Positions 11,216-19,880 of a stretch of 64,000 nt of DNA are shown piece by piece. The stretch covers positions 1,280,001-1,344,000 of the forward strand of contig OZ250169.1 in NCBI GenBank assembly GCA_965237955.1, in the 5' to 3' direction. Every line of letters begins with the position of its first letter. The stretch's first letter is position 1. The position numbers and the translations under genes are program-made. The notes beneath the pieces were generated by a model. It was given only the letters and a program-made list of their open reading frames with translations. It searched no databases and had not been told where the DNA came from. The DNA comes from Candidatus Marinacidobacterales bacterium. GTDB taxonomy: Bacteria > Acidobacteriota > Vicinamibacteria > Marinacidobacterales > SMYC01.

Positions 11216-13360
11216 ATGAGCTCTTCTAGTTCTTCTTCCGTACCTTGTGGGTTGGCGCTCGCCATCCTGACGTTCTCGGGTTCGCTGGGTATGGCGCAGC
11301 CGGTGACGACGTCGGAACTCGAGAACGCTGCTGACGACAACTCGTCGTGGCTCACCTATGGTCGCGACTACTACGGGCAGCGCTTCGTTCGGCTGGACCA
11401 AATCACGCCGGCCAACGTGAACCGGCTGCACCCGGCGTGGGTGTTCGCGACCGGTGGTGAAAACCGCGGTCTGCAGGCGACGCCGCTGCTTCACCACGGC
11501 GTGCTCTACATCTCGGCCGACGGGTCGCGCGTGTTTGCGCTCGACGCACGTACCGGTAAGAAGATCTGGGGCTACGACCCGGAGATTGGTAAGGAAGTCG
11601 AGCGCGTGTATTGCTGCGGCGCGATCAACCGTGGCGTCGCGCTTGGGGGTGAGCTCGTGTTCATCGGCACGTTGGACGCCCGTGTGGTCGCCCTTAATAA
11701 GGAGACGGGCACGGTTGTTTGGGACACCCAAGTCGTCGACTGGGCGCAAGGCTACAGCATCACCGGAGCGCCGCTCGTGGTGAAGGATATGGTGCTCACC
11801 GGAGTCGCCGGCGGCGAGTTCGGCATTCGTGGTTTCGTCAAAGCATTCGACGCCAAGACCGGCGCATTGCGCTGGACGGCCTACACGATCCCCGGCCCAG
11901 GTGAGCCCGGGAACGAGACTTGGCCGGGCGACACTTGGAAAAACGGAGGCGGCCCCACGTGGACGACGGGCGTCTACGATCCGAGCTTGAACCTCGTCTA
12001 TTGGAATACGGGGAACGCCGCACCATGGAACTGCCAGGTAAGAAAAGGCGACAACAAGTGGACGGCGTCAACCATTGCAATCAACGCTGATACCGGCGAG
12101 ATCGACTGGGGATTCCAGTACACACCGTGGGATTGCTGGGACTACGACGCCGTGAGCACGCCGCTCCTCGCCGACGTCGAGCTCGGTGACCGCGGACTCG
12201 TCAAAGCGCTCTTCCATCACGACAAGAACGGTTTCTTCTACGCGCTCGATCGCACCGACGGTCAGTTCATCTACGGCGAGCCCATCGTTCCCGGTATCAA
12301 CTGGGCGTTCGGTCTCGACCCCGTGACCGGTCGTCCCGACGTGAACCCGGATATGATCGGGGTATCGGGTGGCCCGGAGGTCGGACCGATTATTCCCAGC
12401 CTCGAGGGCGCGATCGATTGGCAGCCTCTCGCCTACAACCCGGACCTCCAATACCTCTTCTTCATGTCCAATCAATGGGCGATGGGATACAAGTTTTGGG
12501 CCGAAGACACGTTCGAGCCGCCTATTACCGGCGAATGGTATTTGGGCGCCGATTACCAGCTGTACCTGACGAGCGACAATCCCGGTAACTTCGTTGCGTT
12601 CGACGTCGTGAATCGGAAGGTGGTATGGCGTTCGGCGAGTCCGGCGCCATTTTGGGCCGGTGCAGTAGCCACTTCGACCGGGCTCGTCTTCACCGGAGAC
12701 ATGCGCGGCTACTTCATGGCGTTCGACGCCTACTCGGGCACGTTGCTGTGGCAGTTTCAAACCGGCTCGGGGATCATCGGAAGCCCGATCACCTACGAGC
12801 TCGACGGCACGCAATACATCGCTGTTCCTTCAGGCGGCATCGGCGGCGACATGACGTTCTACTACACCGAACCGAAGGCCGGGAACTTCTGGGTGTTCGC
12901 GCTCGATGGCGGCGGTCCAGCACGTGTGCCACCGGGGACGAATCTGACGAAGCTCGAGGGCGGGTTACCGAGAGTCGGCGAGCCGGGCCACACGCTCGGC
13001 GGCCGCGTCCTTCCCGGTTACGGCTTCACGCCGAGAGAAGGCGGCGAGCCCATCAGCGGAGCGTCCCCGCCCCAGCCGACCGCAGCGCAATCGCAAGCGC
13101 AATCGAGTCCATTCTCGGGCGACGCGGACGCGATCGCGCGCGGCGAGCAGATCTATCGCGCCCGTTGCGTCGGGTGCCATCAATCTGCCGGCGGTAGCGG
13201 TTCGAACCTGTTCAGGACGACGATGAGTCCGTCGCGGTTCCACCAGAGTGTCGCCGATGGTACCGAGGGCACGACGATGCCGGCGTTCGGCTCTCTGTTG
13301 ACGACCGATCAGATCTGGGAGGTCCATGCCTTCGTCCTGTCGCGCGATCGCCTCGATTGA
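11216..13360 (+). CDS. PQQ-dependent alcohol dehydrogenase with C-terminal c-type cytochrome
   Basis: Signal peptide, vicinal CCG.INRG, GGEFG, WDYD, W-motif repeats, C-terminal CVGCH and MPAF. Confidence 0.9.
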   Translation: MSSSSSSSVPCGLALAILTFSGSLGMAQPVTTSELENAADDNSSWLTYGRDYYGQRFVRLDQITPANVNRLHPAWVFATGGENRGLQATPLLHHGVLYISADGSRVFALDARTGKKIWGYDPEIGKEVERVYCCGAINRGVALGGELVFIGTLDARVVALNKETGTVVWDTQVVDWAQGYSITGAPLVVKDMVLTGVAGGEFGIRGFVKAFDAKTGALRWTAYTIPGPGEPGNETWPGDTWKNGGGPTWTTGVYDPSLNLVYWNTGNAAPWNCQVRKGDNKWTASTIAINADTGEIDWGFQYTPWDCWDYDAVSTPLLADVELGDRGLVKALFHHDKNGFFYALDRTDGQFIYGEPIVPGINWAFGLDPVTGRPDVNPDMIGVSGGPEVGPIIPSLEGAIDWQPLAYNPDLQYLFFMSNQWAMGYKFWAEDTFEPPITGEWYLGADYQLYLTSDNPGNFVAFDVVNRKVVWRSASPAPFWAGAVATSTGLVFTGDMRGYFMAFDAYSGTLLWQFQTGSGIIGSPITYELDGTQYIAVPSGGIGGDMTFYYTEPKAGNFWVFALDGGGPARVPPGTNLTKLEGGLPRVGEPGHTLGGRVLPGYGFTPREGGEPISGASPPQPTAAQSQAQSSPFSGDADAIARGEQIYRARCVGCHQSAGGSGSNLFRTTMSPSRFHQSVADGTEGTTMPAFGSLLTTDQIWEVHAFVLSRDRLD

Positions 13361-13460
13361 GCGGAACCCACACACCGGTGTAGGCAAAAGCCCACGAATT
13401 GCTCGAGCCGGCTCCGTCTAACTTTATTAATGGTAATGGTTTGGCCTGGCTCGCCTTCGA

Positions 13461-13475
13461 CGGAACGCCCTTTGC
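13461..13475 (+). promoter_or_regulatory. Putative sigma54 -24/-12 promoter
   Basis: CGGAAC-GCCCT-TTGC with correct GG/GC spacing upstream of the PilZ gene. Confidence 0.4.
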
Positions 13476-13488
13476 AACGGCTATCGAC

Positions 13489-13961
13489 ATGGCGCTGGAG
13501 GAAAAACGCGTAGACCGGCGGATCGAACCGAGGGTCAAGACGGAGGGATGTTGAGCGTCACCCTGCGTATGGGTGACCAAGTGGCCGAGGGTCACCTCGT
13601 CGACATCAGCACGCGCGGAGCCTACATCGCGACCGGCGCCACTCTGGATCGAGGTATCTACGTGACGTTGGTGTTCGAGCTCCCTGGCCCGAAAGGTGCT
13701 CAAGAGATCAAAGCTCAGGTCGCGCGGTCGAAGTCCGGGCTCGACGGTGAGTTCGACTCGATGCCGTCAGGGCTCGGCGTCATGTTTCTAGCGAACGAGC
13801 TCGAGGAACGACTTCGCATCGAGCGCTTGGTGGCAGCGCTGGTGTCGCTCGACCTGCTCAGCTATGACAAACGACAGAGCGAGTGGATGGAAAGCGCCGA
13901 GTCGATACCCGGCGACGACCGAACGGATCCTTCGAACTCCGACACCCGCCCCGGCACTTGA
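13489..13961 (+). CDS. PilZ-domain protein (frameshift near 13545)
   Basis: RVDRR (RxxxR) in the upstream frame, DISTRG (DxSxxG) in 13548-13961. Confidence 0.7.
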
Positions 13962-14002
13962 ATCCAGCCGAACGAACGCCGGCGACAACCGGGGTCAGTG
14001 GT

Positions 14003-14365
14003 TCAAATCGAGCAACACTTGCAAAGATTCTTGCGGCAGTGACGCTTGCATTCGTGCGACTCCGTACCATTGCACTCGGTGTGCTCGTAGCATTTGCAAG
14101 CGACGGAGCCCTCGGGCTTGTGCACTAGCCCATCCTGGACGCAGACGCCTTTCTCTTCTTCGGCTTCGCTCTGAGCGTTTTGCAAGGGGGCCGCTTGCGC
14201 CATCGCCTCACCGAGGGTTTCGCCGGGCTCGACGACGTAGGCACAGCTATCTTCTTCCGCGATCATGATGATCGGGTCGCTGCCCTTTTCTTCTCCCGTT
14301 TGGACGCCCGATGGCAGCGCGGTACCGAAGAGCGCGAGGATCAACATCACCGTTTGGATACGCAT
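14003..14365 (-). CDS. Small secreted Cys-rich protein
   Basis: Signal peptide, acidic middle region, 9 Cys in the last 46 aa; GGAG/GAGGA RBS upstream. Confidence 0.75.
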   Translation of the reverse strand: MRIQTVMLILALFGTALPSGVQTGEEKGSDPIIMIAEEDSCAYVVEPGETLGEAMAQAAPLQNAQSEAEEEKGVCVQDGLVHKPEGSVACKCYEHTECNGTESHECKRHCRKNLCKCCSI

Positions 14366-14496
14366 GGTGGTCCTCTCCTAATCGTTTTCGTTGGCGATAA
14401 GGGCGAGGCGAGTGGATCCTACGATTGCGCTCTTGTATTTAGTCTACCAGGAAACGTGCCATGGTGGAATCACGGCCCGGAAGCGTGGGTAGTGTC

Positions 14497-15312
14497 CTAA
14501 TTTGCCGCCGCGACGAGATCCCGTAGTTCCAGGGGCTCATTCGCGATCCCCGCTTCCATCGCTGGTGTGACGCGAAGGCTCTTGTGGATGCGGCAGAAAT
14601 TGTAGTGCGCGAAGTGAAGGCTCACCGCTGCCTTCAAGTTCTCGACCTTTTTGCTGAAGGCGTTCGTGAGCCGGGTGAAGCGCCTCATCGACATTCGCAT
14701 GGTTAGATTCTGCCTCTCGACGTGCGACGTACATATACCCTTCGGGTTACCGACGATTTGCTCTGTACTGATGCTGGCGACCTTTGGTGGACTGTACCTA
14801 CCGGGGCCGACAGGCGTCGCTTCGAAGTGCTTTACGATTCGACCGTAATCAACATCTGAGCCGAAGCCTTGTTCAACGGCATCCACGTAGGCTTCCATCG
14901 CATCTGTAGACAGTTGCACGCGGCCTGCCAAGCGCGAAGCCAGATCACCAACAAAGGCTCGGGTGTTTGCGCCGTCGCGTTTTCCCACTCGATACGAAGG
15001 GACAAGCTTGCTGTCGGTATCGAGTGCAACATAGGTCCAGAAGTCACCATTCTGAGCTGGATCATCGGTAGGTCTCATGTGGCGCTGCTTCTTTCCGACG
15101 TAGCACCAGATCTCGTCCATTTGGAGGTGACGGCATTCGAGCCCGCGCATCTCCGAGTCCATGAATAGCGCTGAGATATCGCCGACCCGGACCATGAGGC
15201 GCATGATCGTGTCGCGATGAATGCCGGTCATGCGCTCGACCGAGCGGATCGAGCATCCTTCGACGAGCGCGGAAATGGCCGCCGTTCGCTTGTCAAGACT
15301 GAGCTTATTCAT
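14497..15312 (-). CDS. IS1-family transposase
   Basis: N-terminal HTH (LVEGCSIRSVERMTG), DEIWCYVGKK, STD, TSHVERQNLTMR…RFTRLTNAFSKK; stop lies within the TIR. Confidence 0.92.
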   Translation of the reverse strand: MNKLSLDKRTAAISALVEGCSIRSVERMTGIHRDTIMRLMVRVGDISALFMDSEMRGLECRHLQMDEIWCYVGKKQRHMRPTDDPAQNGDFWTYVALDTDSKLVPSYRVGKRDGANTRAFVGDLASRLAGRVQLSTDAMEAYVDAVEQGFGSDVDYGRIVKHFEATPVGPGRYSPPKVASISTEQIVGNPKGICTSHVERQNLTMRMSMRRFTRLTNAFSKKVENLKAAVSLHFAHYNFCRIHKSLRVTPAMEAGIANEPLELRDLVAAAN

Positions 15313-15352
15313 TCGCTTTCCCTCTCACTTCTATGCTACGTTCCTCTTCAGT

Positions 15353-15426
15353 TGGTGGAGCTGCTGGGAATCGAACCCACGTGGGGCAGGCTGTAAATAC
15401 CGCCCTGGGCACCAGCCCACAGCCCC
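15353..15426 (-). ncRNA. tRNA-like RNA with Ala-type acceptor stem and encoded CCA
   Basis: GGGGCTG/CAGCTCC-ACCA acceptor (G3:U70, A73), T-loop TTCGATT, mini D-arm GGGC-TGGT-GCCC, 6-bp stem with 10-nt loop in the anticodon position. Confidence 0.8.
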
Positions 15427-15435
15427 GAATAGACG

Positions 15436-15471
15436 AAGCCCTCCGAGGGTGTTGCCTCGGAGGGCTTTTTT
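15436..15471 (+). terminator. Intrinsic terminator-like hairpin
   Basis: 13-bp stem AAGCCCTCCGAGG/CCTCGGAGGGCTT with T6 on the + strand. Confidence 0.7.
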
Positions 15472-15488
15472 GTCTCTCATTAAGTATT

Positions 15489-15516
15489 ATTATCTCCATC
15501 CTCAGCATTTTGTCAA
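15489..15516 (-). promoter_or_regulatory. sigma70-type promoter for the tRNA-like RNA/transposase
   Basis: TTGACA-16 nt-GATAAT on the minus strand. Confidence 0.6.
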
Positions 15517-15606
15517 GGTAAAATAGAGACAACAAATGATAATATCGAGTTGTTTTATCCGCCACAAAGTGTTATCTTGTCGGCACAGAAAGAAGGGACC
15601 TATATT

Positions 15607-16386
15607 ATGGCCAACGAGACCGGGAAGCCTATTAGAAAGCGGAGCCCGAACCATCCAGCAATCAATCTCAAGATCGCGACCGCCAAGATCGAGCAAATTT
15701 ATGAGAACGAGAAGGGCCAACACTTTGTCCCGTCCGAGACGATTTTCAGTCACTGGGGGTACAACGCGAAAAGTAGCGCGGGCAATACAACTCTTGGGGC
15801 ATTGAAGCAGTTCGGGCTATTGGACGCCGGGAGCAAGGAAGGCCGCCCAGGAGAGTCTAAGCTCAGTGACCTAGCAATGGAGATTCTGCTGGACAAAGAT
15901 GGCAGTCTCGGGCACAGAGACGAAGCACTCAAGAAGGCAGCGATGAAACCTCCCCTGTACGCCAAGATTTTGGGGGATTCGGGCGGTAGCCTGCCATCCG
16001 ATAAGACGTTGTGCTATCAGTTGATTAGAGACCATGGGTTTTCAGAGAGTCGAGCGACGGATTTCATTAAAGAATTCCAATCCACTTTAGCCTTTGCAGG
16101 AATTACAGAAGACGATACACTACGCAATGGGAGTGAGGATGGTGAGGCTGCTTCTAGCGGCCCGCAACGCTCGCTAGATGAGAAAAACGCCCTGCCAAAT
16201 ACTTCCAAAGCGAGGCCAGGAATGAATCAGGATACATTCACTCTCGACGAGGGGCAGGTTGTGTTGCAGTGGCCGGCAAGCTTCAGTCCGGAGAACTACG
16301 AAGATCTAAAGGATTGGTTGGAGCTCATGGCAAGAAGAATGAAACGGGCTGTGCGCGAAGCCAAAGAAGAGACTAAACAGGAGTGA
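15607..16386 (+). CDS. IS cargo protein 1, hypothetical (possibly winged-helix-like)
   Basis: 259-aa ORF after a purine-rich RBS; RSPNHPAINL…WGY…LGALKQFGLL; AT-richer than host genes. Confidence 0.8.
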   Translation: MANETGKPIRKRSPNHPAINLKIATAKIEQIYENEKGQHFVPSETIFSHWGYNAKSSAGNTTLGALKQFGLLDAGSKEGRPGESKLSDLAMEILLDKDGSLGHRDEALKKAAMKPPLYAKILGDSGGSLPSDKTLCYQLIRDHGFSESRATDFIKEFQSTLAFAGITEDDTLRNGSEDGEAASSGPQRSLDEKNALPNTSKARPGMNQDTFTLDEGQVVLQWPASFSPENYEDLKDWLELMARRMKRAVREAKEETKQE

Positions 16387-16667
16387 ATGAGTTACCAATC
16401 TCTGAGTTCGAAAAGGCCATCCGTGAAACTCACGGTGCCGTTGCACGCCTAGACGTCAGGACACTCGTTGAGGAAACATTCCAAGGGGAAACCGTTTGGA
16501 CGGGCGAGGTGCTCGCCTTTGAACTCCAAGACCACCCGACCGCAACCCAGTGCTACGCATGGTCCGTTGGCGGTCGCGTAACTGCCGTTCTTCACGAAGG
16601 CCCTATCGACTCGCCCGAAGCTGCCGTCCGAGCAGCTATCGCTGCTGAACACCGAACGAAATCCTGA
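16383..16667 (+). CDS. IS cargo protein 2, small hypothetical
   Basis: 94 aa, GTGA overlap with cargo 1; ETFQGETVWTGEV…HPTA..CYAWS…SPEAAVRAAI. Confidence 0.8.
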   Translation: MNELPISEFEKAIRETHGAVARLDVRTLVEETFQGETVWTGEVLAFELQDHPTATQCYAWSVGGRVTAVLHEGPIDSPEAAVRAAIAAEHRTKS

Positions 16668-16717
16668 AGCGCCTCCGGTCAAATTAGGACACTACCGAAG
16701 CGTGGCGCGAGCACTGG

Positions 16718-16731
16718 TGGTGCCGAAGGGG
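16718..16731. repeat. 14-bp copy of tRNA-Leu 3' end (putative att site)
   Basis: TGGTGCCGAAGGGG is identical to 19881-19894. Confidence 0.65.
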
Positions 16732-16947
16732 ACGGTACCGGATCCGGCAGGCGTTGATGCATGAATCAGTTCGGGACATGCACCACGGCGGCGGCCGTTC
16801 TTGGGCGGTGTCCAAGCTTCGCGCGCCTCCTCGGAAAACCGAACGGTGATGTCGCCACGGCTCCTGAGGCCACGCTCGCACTCCCGCCAGTTGGTCACGC
16901 GATACTTCGTCTTGTATTTGCGGTTCACTCGGCTGGACTTGCGCGCG

Positions 16948-18392
16948 GGAGGTGCCCCCACCATAGTTGAAGGTTCGAGGTGGTGGCGGCTCCTGACACA
17001 AGGTTTACCCGACTTTGGCGTGCTTGTCGAGCGCTTGATTCTCAGTGACCTCCGCTAACTTCGCTTCGAGGATCGGTAGCGATTGGTATCCAATGATACG
17101 ACGGAAATTTTTCTCCGTGGCGAGCAGAGCCGAAGCGGCCCATCTCAGAACCATCTTGCCATTGCGCCAGCGGGTGACGCGACGGGTACGACCTCGCGCA
17201 CCGCTGAAGCACGACTCGATGATGTTCGTCGATCCAAGGCAGCGTTTCAGAGATGCGGGGAGGTCGAGCTCGTCGATGGTGAACATCTCGTCGAGCCCCT
17301 CCCGGATGCTCTCCGCCGCCGAGGGGTAGTCGTCCTCGAGCCACTTCGCCTGTTGCTCCAACCGCGCTTTGCCCTTCTTTGCTGGGAGCTGCCAGGCCGA
17401 ACGCAGGCTCGCTTGCACTTGCGGCTTCAGCTCCTGCGGCAGATAACCGAGCACATTGCGCTCCTTGTGCTTCCTGCAACGCTGGACCTTGTTGTGGGTA
17501 CCGAACACAGCGTCGACGGCGACCCGTAGCGCCTTGGAGCCATCGATCACGAACAGCCGACACCGCTCTGGGCTCAGGCCTCGTTCGACCAGGTCCTCCA
17601 GCAGCGCCTTGCACACTATCTGGTTCTCCGATGCTCCATCCCGAAGCCCCAGAACATGCTTGTATCCCTCTGTATCTACGCCGATTGCCGCCAGCGCGTG
17701 GTGCTCGCCGAAGCGAATCCCGTCCAGGTACACGACCGCGATCTCCAGCTCGTCCAGCGGACGCTCCATCAGCCCCTGCAACTGCTCCGCGCTTGCTTCC
17801 ACGAACTCACGGCTCACCTCGCTCTTGCTAACCCCTACCGTCTCCGCCATCTCGGGAAGAACCGACGCGTACTTGCGCGTCGACACACCCAGCATCAGGA
17901 TTTCCCAGATGCGTTGGCTCAGCCGAGACGAGTTGTTCACCGCTTCGTAGGCAGGAATCGCAACCTCCCCTCCCTCTGCCTTTCCCTTACGCCGCAGACG
18001 TGGCCGGCTCACTCTCAACTTCCGCTCCGCAAGGCTTACTACGCCACCCTGCCGGCCGTGCCAGCGAACATCGCTACCCTTCTTCCCCGGGTGTTTCTCC
18101 CCAGCCACACTTTGGGCTGACAGATCCAAGACCGCTTCGATCGTCGCTCGGCCAGCAACGTCGATCACTTCGTCGATCGCTATCTCGGTTCGCTCAATCG
18201 CATCCAAGAACGGCAACAGAGCTTGCCCCTTCGAGCTCAGTATCTCTCGAAGCTTCTTCCTGTTCTTCGCATCGATGATTTGGTAATTTGACATCGTGGT
18301 GGCTCCTTTCTTTTTCCTTCACAGCCGGATTCTATCGAACCCGGCCTTAGGAGCCGCCACTCCTAACCTTCAACTATCTCAGGGGCATCTCC
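16948..18392 (-). mobile_element. IS256 family insertion sequence
   Basis: ~45-bp imperfect TIRs (GGAG.TGCCCC…ATAGTTGAAGGTT…GTGGCGGCTCCT); 8-bp TSD TGCGCGCG at 16940-16947 and 18393-18400. Confidence 0.95.
17005..18294 (-). CDS. IS256 (Mutator-type) transposase
   Basis: GVSTR, YLDG, VIDG, QRCRKH, STNIIES motifs. Confidence 0.93.
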   Translation of the reverse strand: MSNYQIIDAKNRKKLREILSSKGQALLPFLDAIERTEIAIDEVIDVAGRATIEAVLDLSAQSVAGEKHPGKKGSDVRWHGRQGGVVSLAERKLRVSRPRLRRKGKAEGGEVAIPAYEAVNNSSRLSQRIWEILMLGVSTRKYASVLPEMAETVGVSKSEVSREFVEASAEQLQGLMERPLDELEIAVVYLDGIRFGEHHALAAIGVDTEGYKHVLGLRDGASENQIVCKALLEDLVERGLSPERCRLFVIDGSKALRVAVDAVFGTHNKVQRCRKHKERNVLGYLPQELKPQVQASLRSAWQLPAKKGKARLEQQAKWLEDDYPSAAESIREGLDEMFTIDELDLPASLKRCLGSTNIIESCFSGARGRTRRVTRWRNGKMVLRWAASALLATEKNFRRIIGYQSLPILEAKLAEVTENQALDKHAKVG

Positions 18393-18580
18393 TGCGCGCG
18401 GCCATGGTTCATCTCCTCGATATTCGATGTATCGAGAAGCTGAGTCGAAGCGGTTGCCGGAGTCAAGAGCTATTCGTGCACCAAAGCCCATCGGAGGAGT
18501 GAGCGTTCGCTACTAGATGCATCAACCACGACCAGACGAACTGTTGCCGCTTCGGATGCGGTGGTCTAAGATTCGAGGCT

Positions 18581-19522
18581 ATGCTAGCTAGCGGAGATTT
18601 GAATATTCCGTGGATCGACTTGCCGCACTTCGAGAAACTTCTCGACGAGAGTGCGCTGGACGCCGGCATGCGAGAAAAAGAGAAATTCTTCGCTCGGGAA
18701 GGATACCTGCTGATCGACCTCGAGATCTCCGATTTCGACGATGTCGCTGCCGAGATTGTGACGGCATGTTCGAAACAGCCCGACTACGACGTCCGAGTGA
18801 CAGACGCCTGGGAATCTATTCCTGGTGTGAAGCGTCTGGCGCTTCTGCCGAGTGTGCTGTCGCTACTGCAAGCTCTCTATCGCCGCACACCCGTTGCCAT
18901 GCAGACGCTCAACTTTGCACGCGGCACGGAACAAAAGCCACATTCGGACGCTTTTCACTTCAACTCGGTGCCGCCTGGTTTCATGTGCGGTGTCTGGATC
19001 GCACTCGAAGAGATCGATGACCGCAATGGCCCGCTCCTTTACTACCCCCGTAGTCACAAACTTCCGTACCTCGAGCACATGCATTATGGTTTGACCGCGA
19101 GCCGCCAAAGCGGGCACGAGCTCTATCCGGCCTATGAGGAACAGCTCGGCCGCGTGCTCGACAAAGCTGGTCTCGAGCCGCTTACTATTTCGATGCCCGC
19201 GGGACACGCGCTGGTGTGGTCCGCGAATCTCGCGCATGGTGGCGCACCGATCGTCGATAGGCAGCGAACTCGCCACAGTCAGGTCACGCATTACTTCTTC
19301 GAGGATTGTCTCTACTACCAGCCGCAGAAATCGGACGTTTTTCTCGGTAGGATCGAGTGGCTCGACAAAAAGAGTGTCGCGACCGGAGACTACTTGCCGC
19401 AGGTCTACAACGGGCGCAGCGTACGGGTGCCGATGGGAGTCCTCGAGAGGCTCAAACGAACGGCGCGAAGGAGCGCACTTGCCCCGGTTCTACGTCACGT
19501 GAAGCGCAGAATATCTCCCTGA
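18581..19522 (+). CDS. Phytanoyl-CoA dioxygenase (PhyH) family protein
   Basis: PHSD…GVWIALE…NGPLLYYPRSH…LAHGG facial-triad motifs. Confidence 0.85.
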   Translation: MLASGDLNIPWIDLPHFEKLLDESALDAGMREKEKFFAREGYLLIDLEISDFDDVAAEIVTACSKQPDYDVRVTDAWESIPGVKRLALLPSVLSLLQALYRRTPVAMQTLNFARGTEQKPHSDAFHFNSVPPGFMCGVWIALEEIDDRNGPLLYYPRSHKLPYLEHMHYGLTASRQSGHELYPAYEEQLGRVLDKAGLEPLTISMPAGHALVWSANLAHGGAPIVDRQRTRHSQVTHYFFEDCLYYQPQKSDVFLGRIEWLDKKSVATGDYLPQVYNGRSVRVPMGVLERLKRTARRSALAPVLRHVKRRISP

Positions 19523-19880
19523 GCCCTCGACTCGCAAAAGTCTGGTCTCGCGTGTAGCCGTACCCCATGGAAAGATTCGCCGAAGCCGATCACCTTTGGA
19601 GAGGCAAAAGCCACCTGCCCGACACTCTTACTCGACGACGTCTCGGCGATGCCGTTTCTCGTCAAGATCGCCGGTGTCGAGGAGCATCAGCACCGGGCGC
19701 GTGTTCGCGCGGAGTCAAGCGCGGTTTACACGCAGTGACCCGCCGAACCAAGCCCGCTCGGTAGCGTCTTCGACTGCCACCTTTCCTCAGGGCTTTTTGG
19801 CCAAGTTCCGTTGGCTCCTTGTTGGTTTTGGTCGAGCCGAGGCCGTGCAAGTTATTGACTTCGCTGGATTTAGAGTTTGT

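Larger units (their letters stand above)
14488..16696. mobile_element. IS1-family cargo-carrying element (2209 bp)
   Basis: Perfect 17-bp TIR GGTAGTGTCCTAATTTG at 14488-14504 and 16680-16696; 8-bp TSD GAAGCGTG at 14480-14487 and 16697-16704. Confidence 0.95.
16750..18488 (-). mobile_element. Internally deleted IS5/IS903-type relic (~286 bp) interrupted by IS256
   Basis: IRs GGCTTTGGTGCACGAATA (18488) and GGCGTTGATGCATGAATC (16750); removing IS256 restores MAARKSSRVNRKYKTKYRVTNW… from ATG 18405. Confidence 0.8.

Noticed and set aside
15353-15426. Calling the tRNA-like element ssrA, a normal tRNA-Ala/Val, or an att remnant
   Set aside because: Only 74 nt with no tag ORF; the anticodon arm is non-canonical; both acceptor strands are present, unlike 3'-only att scars.
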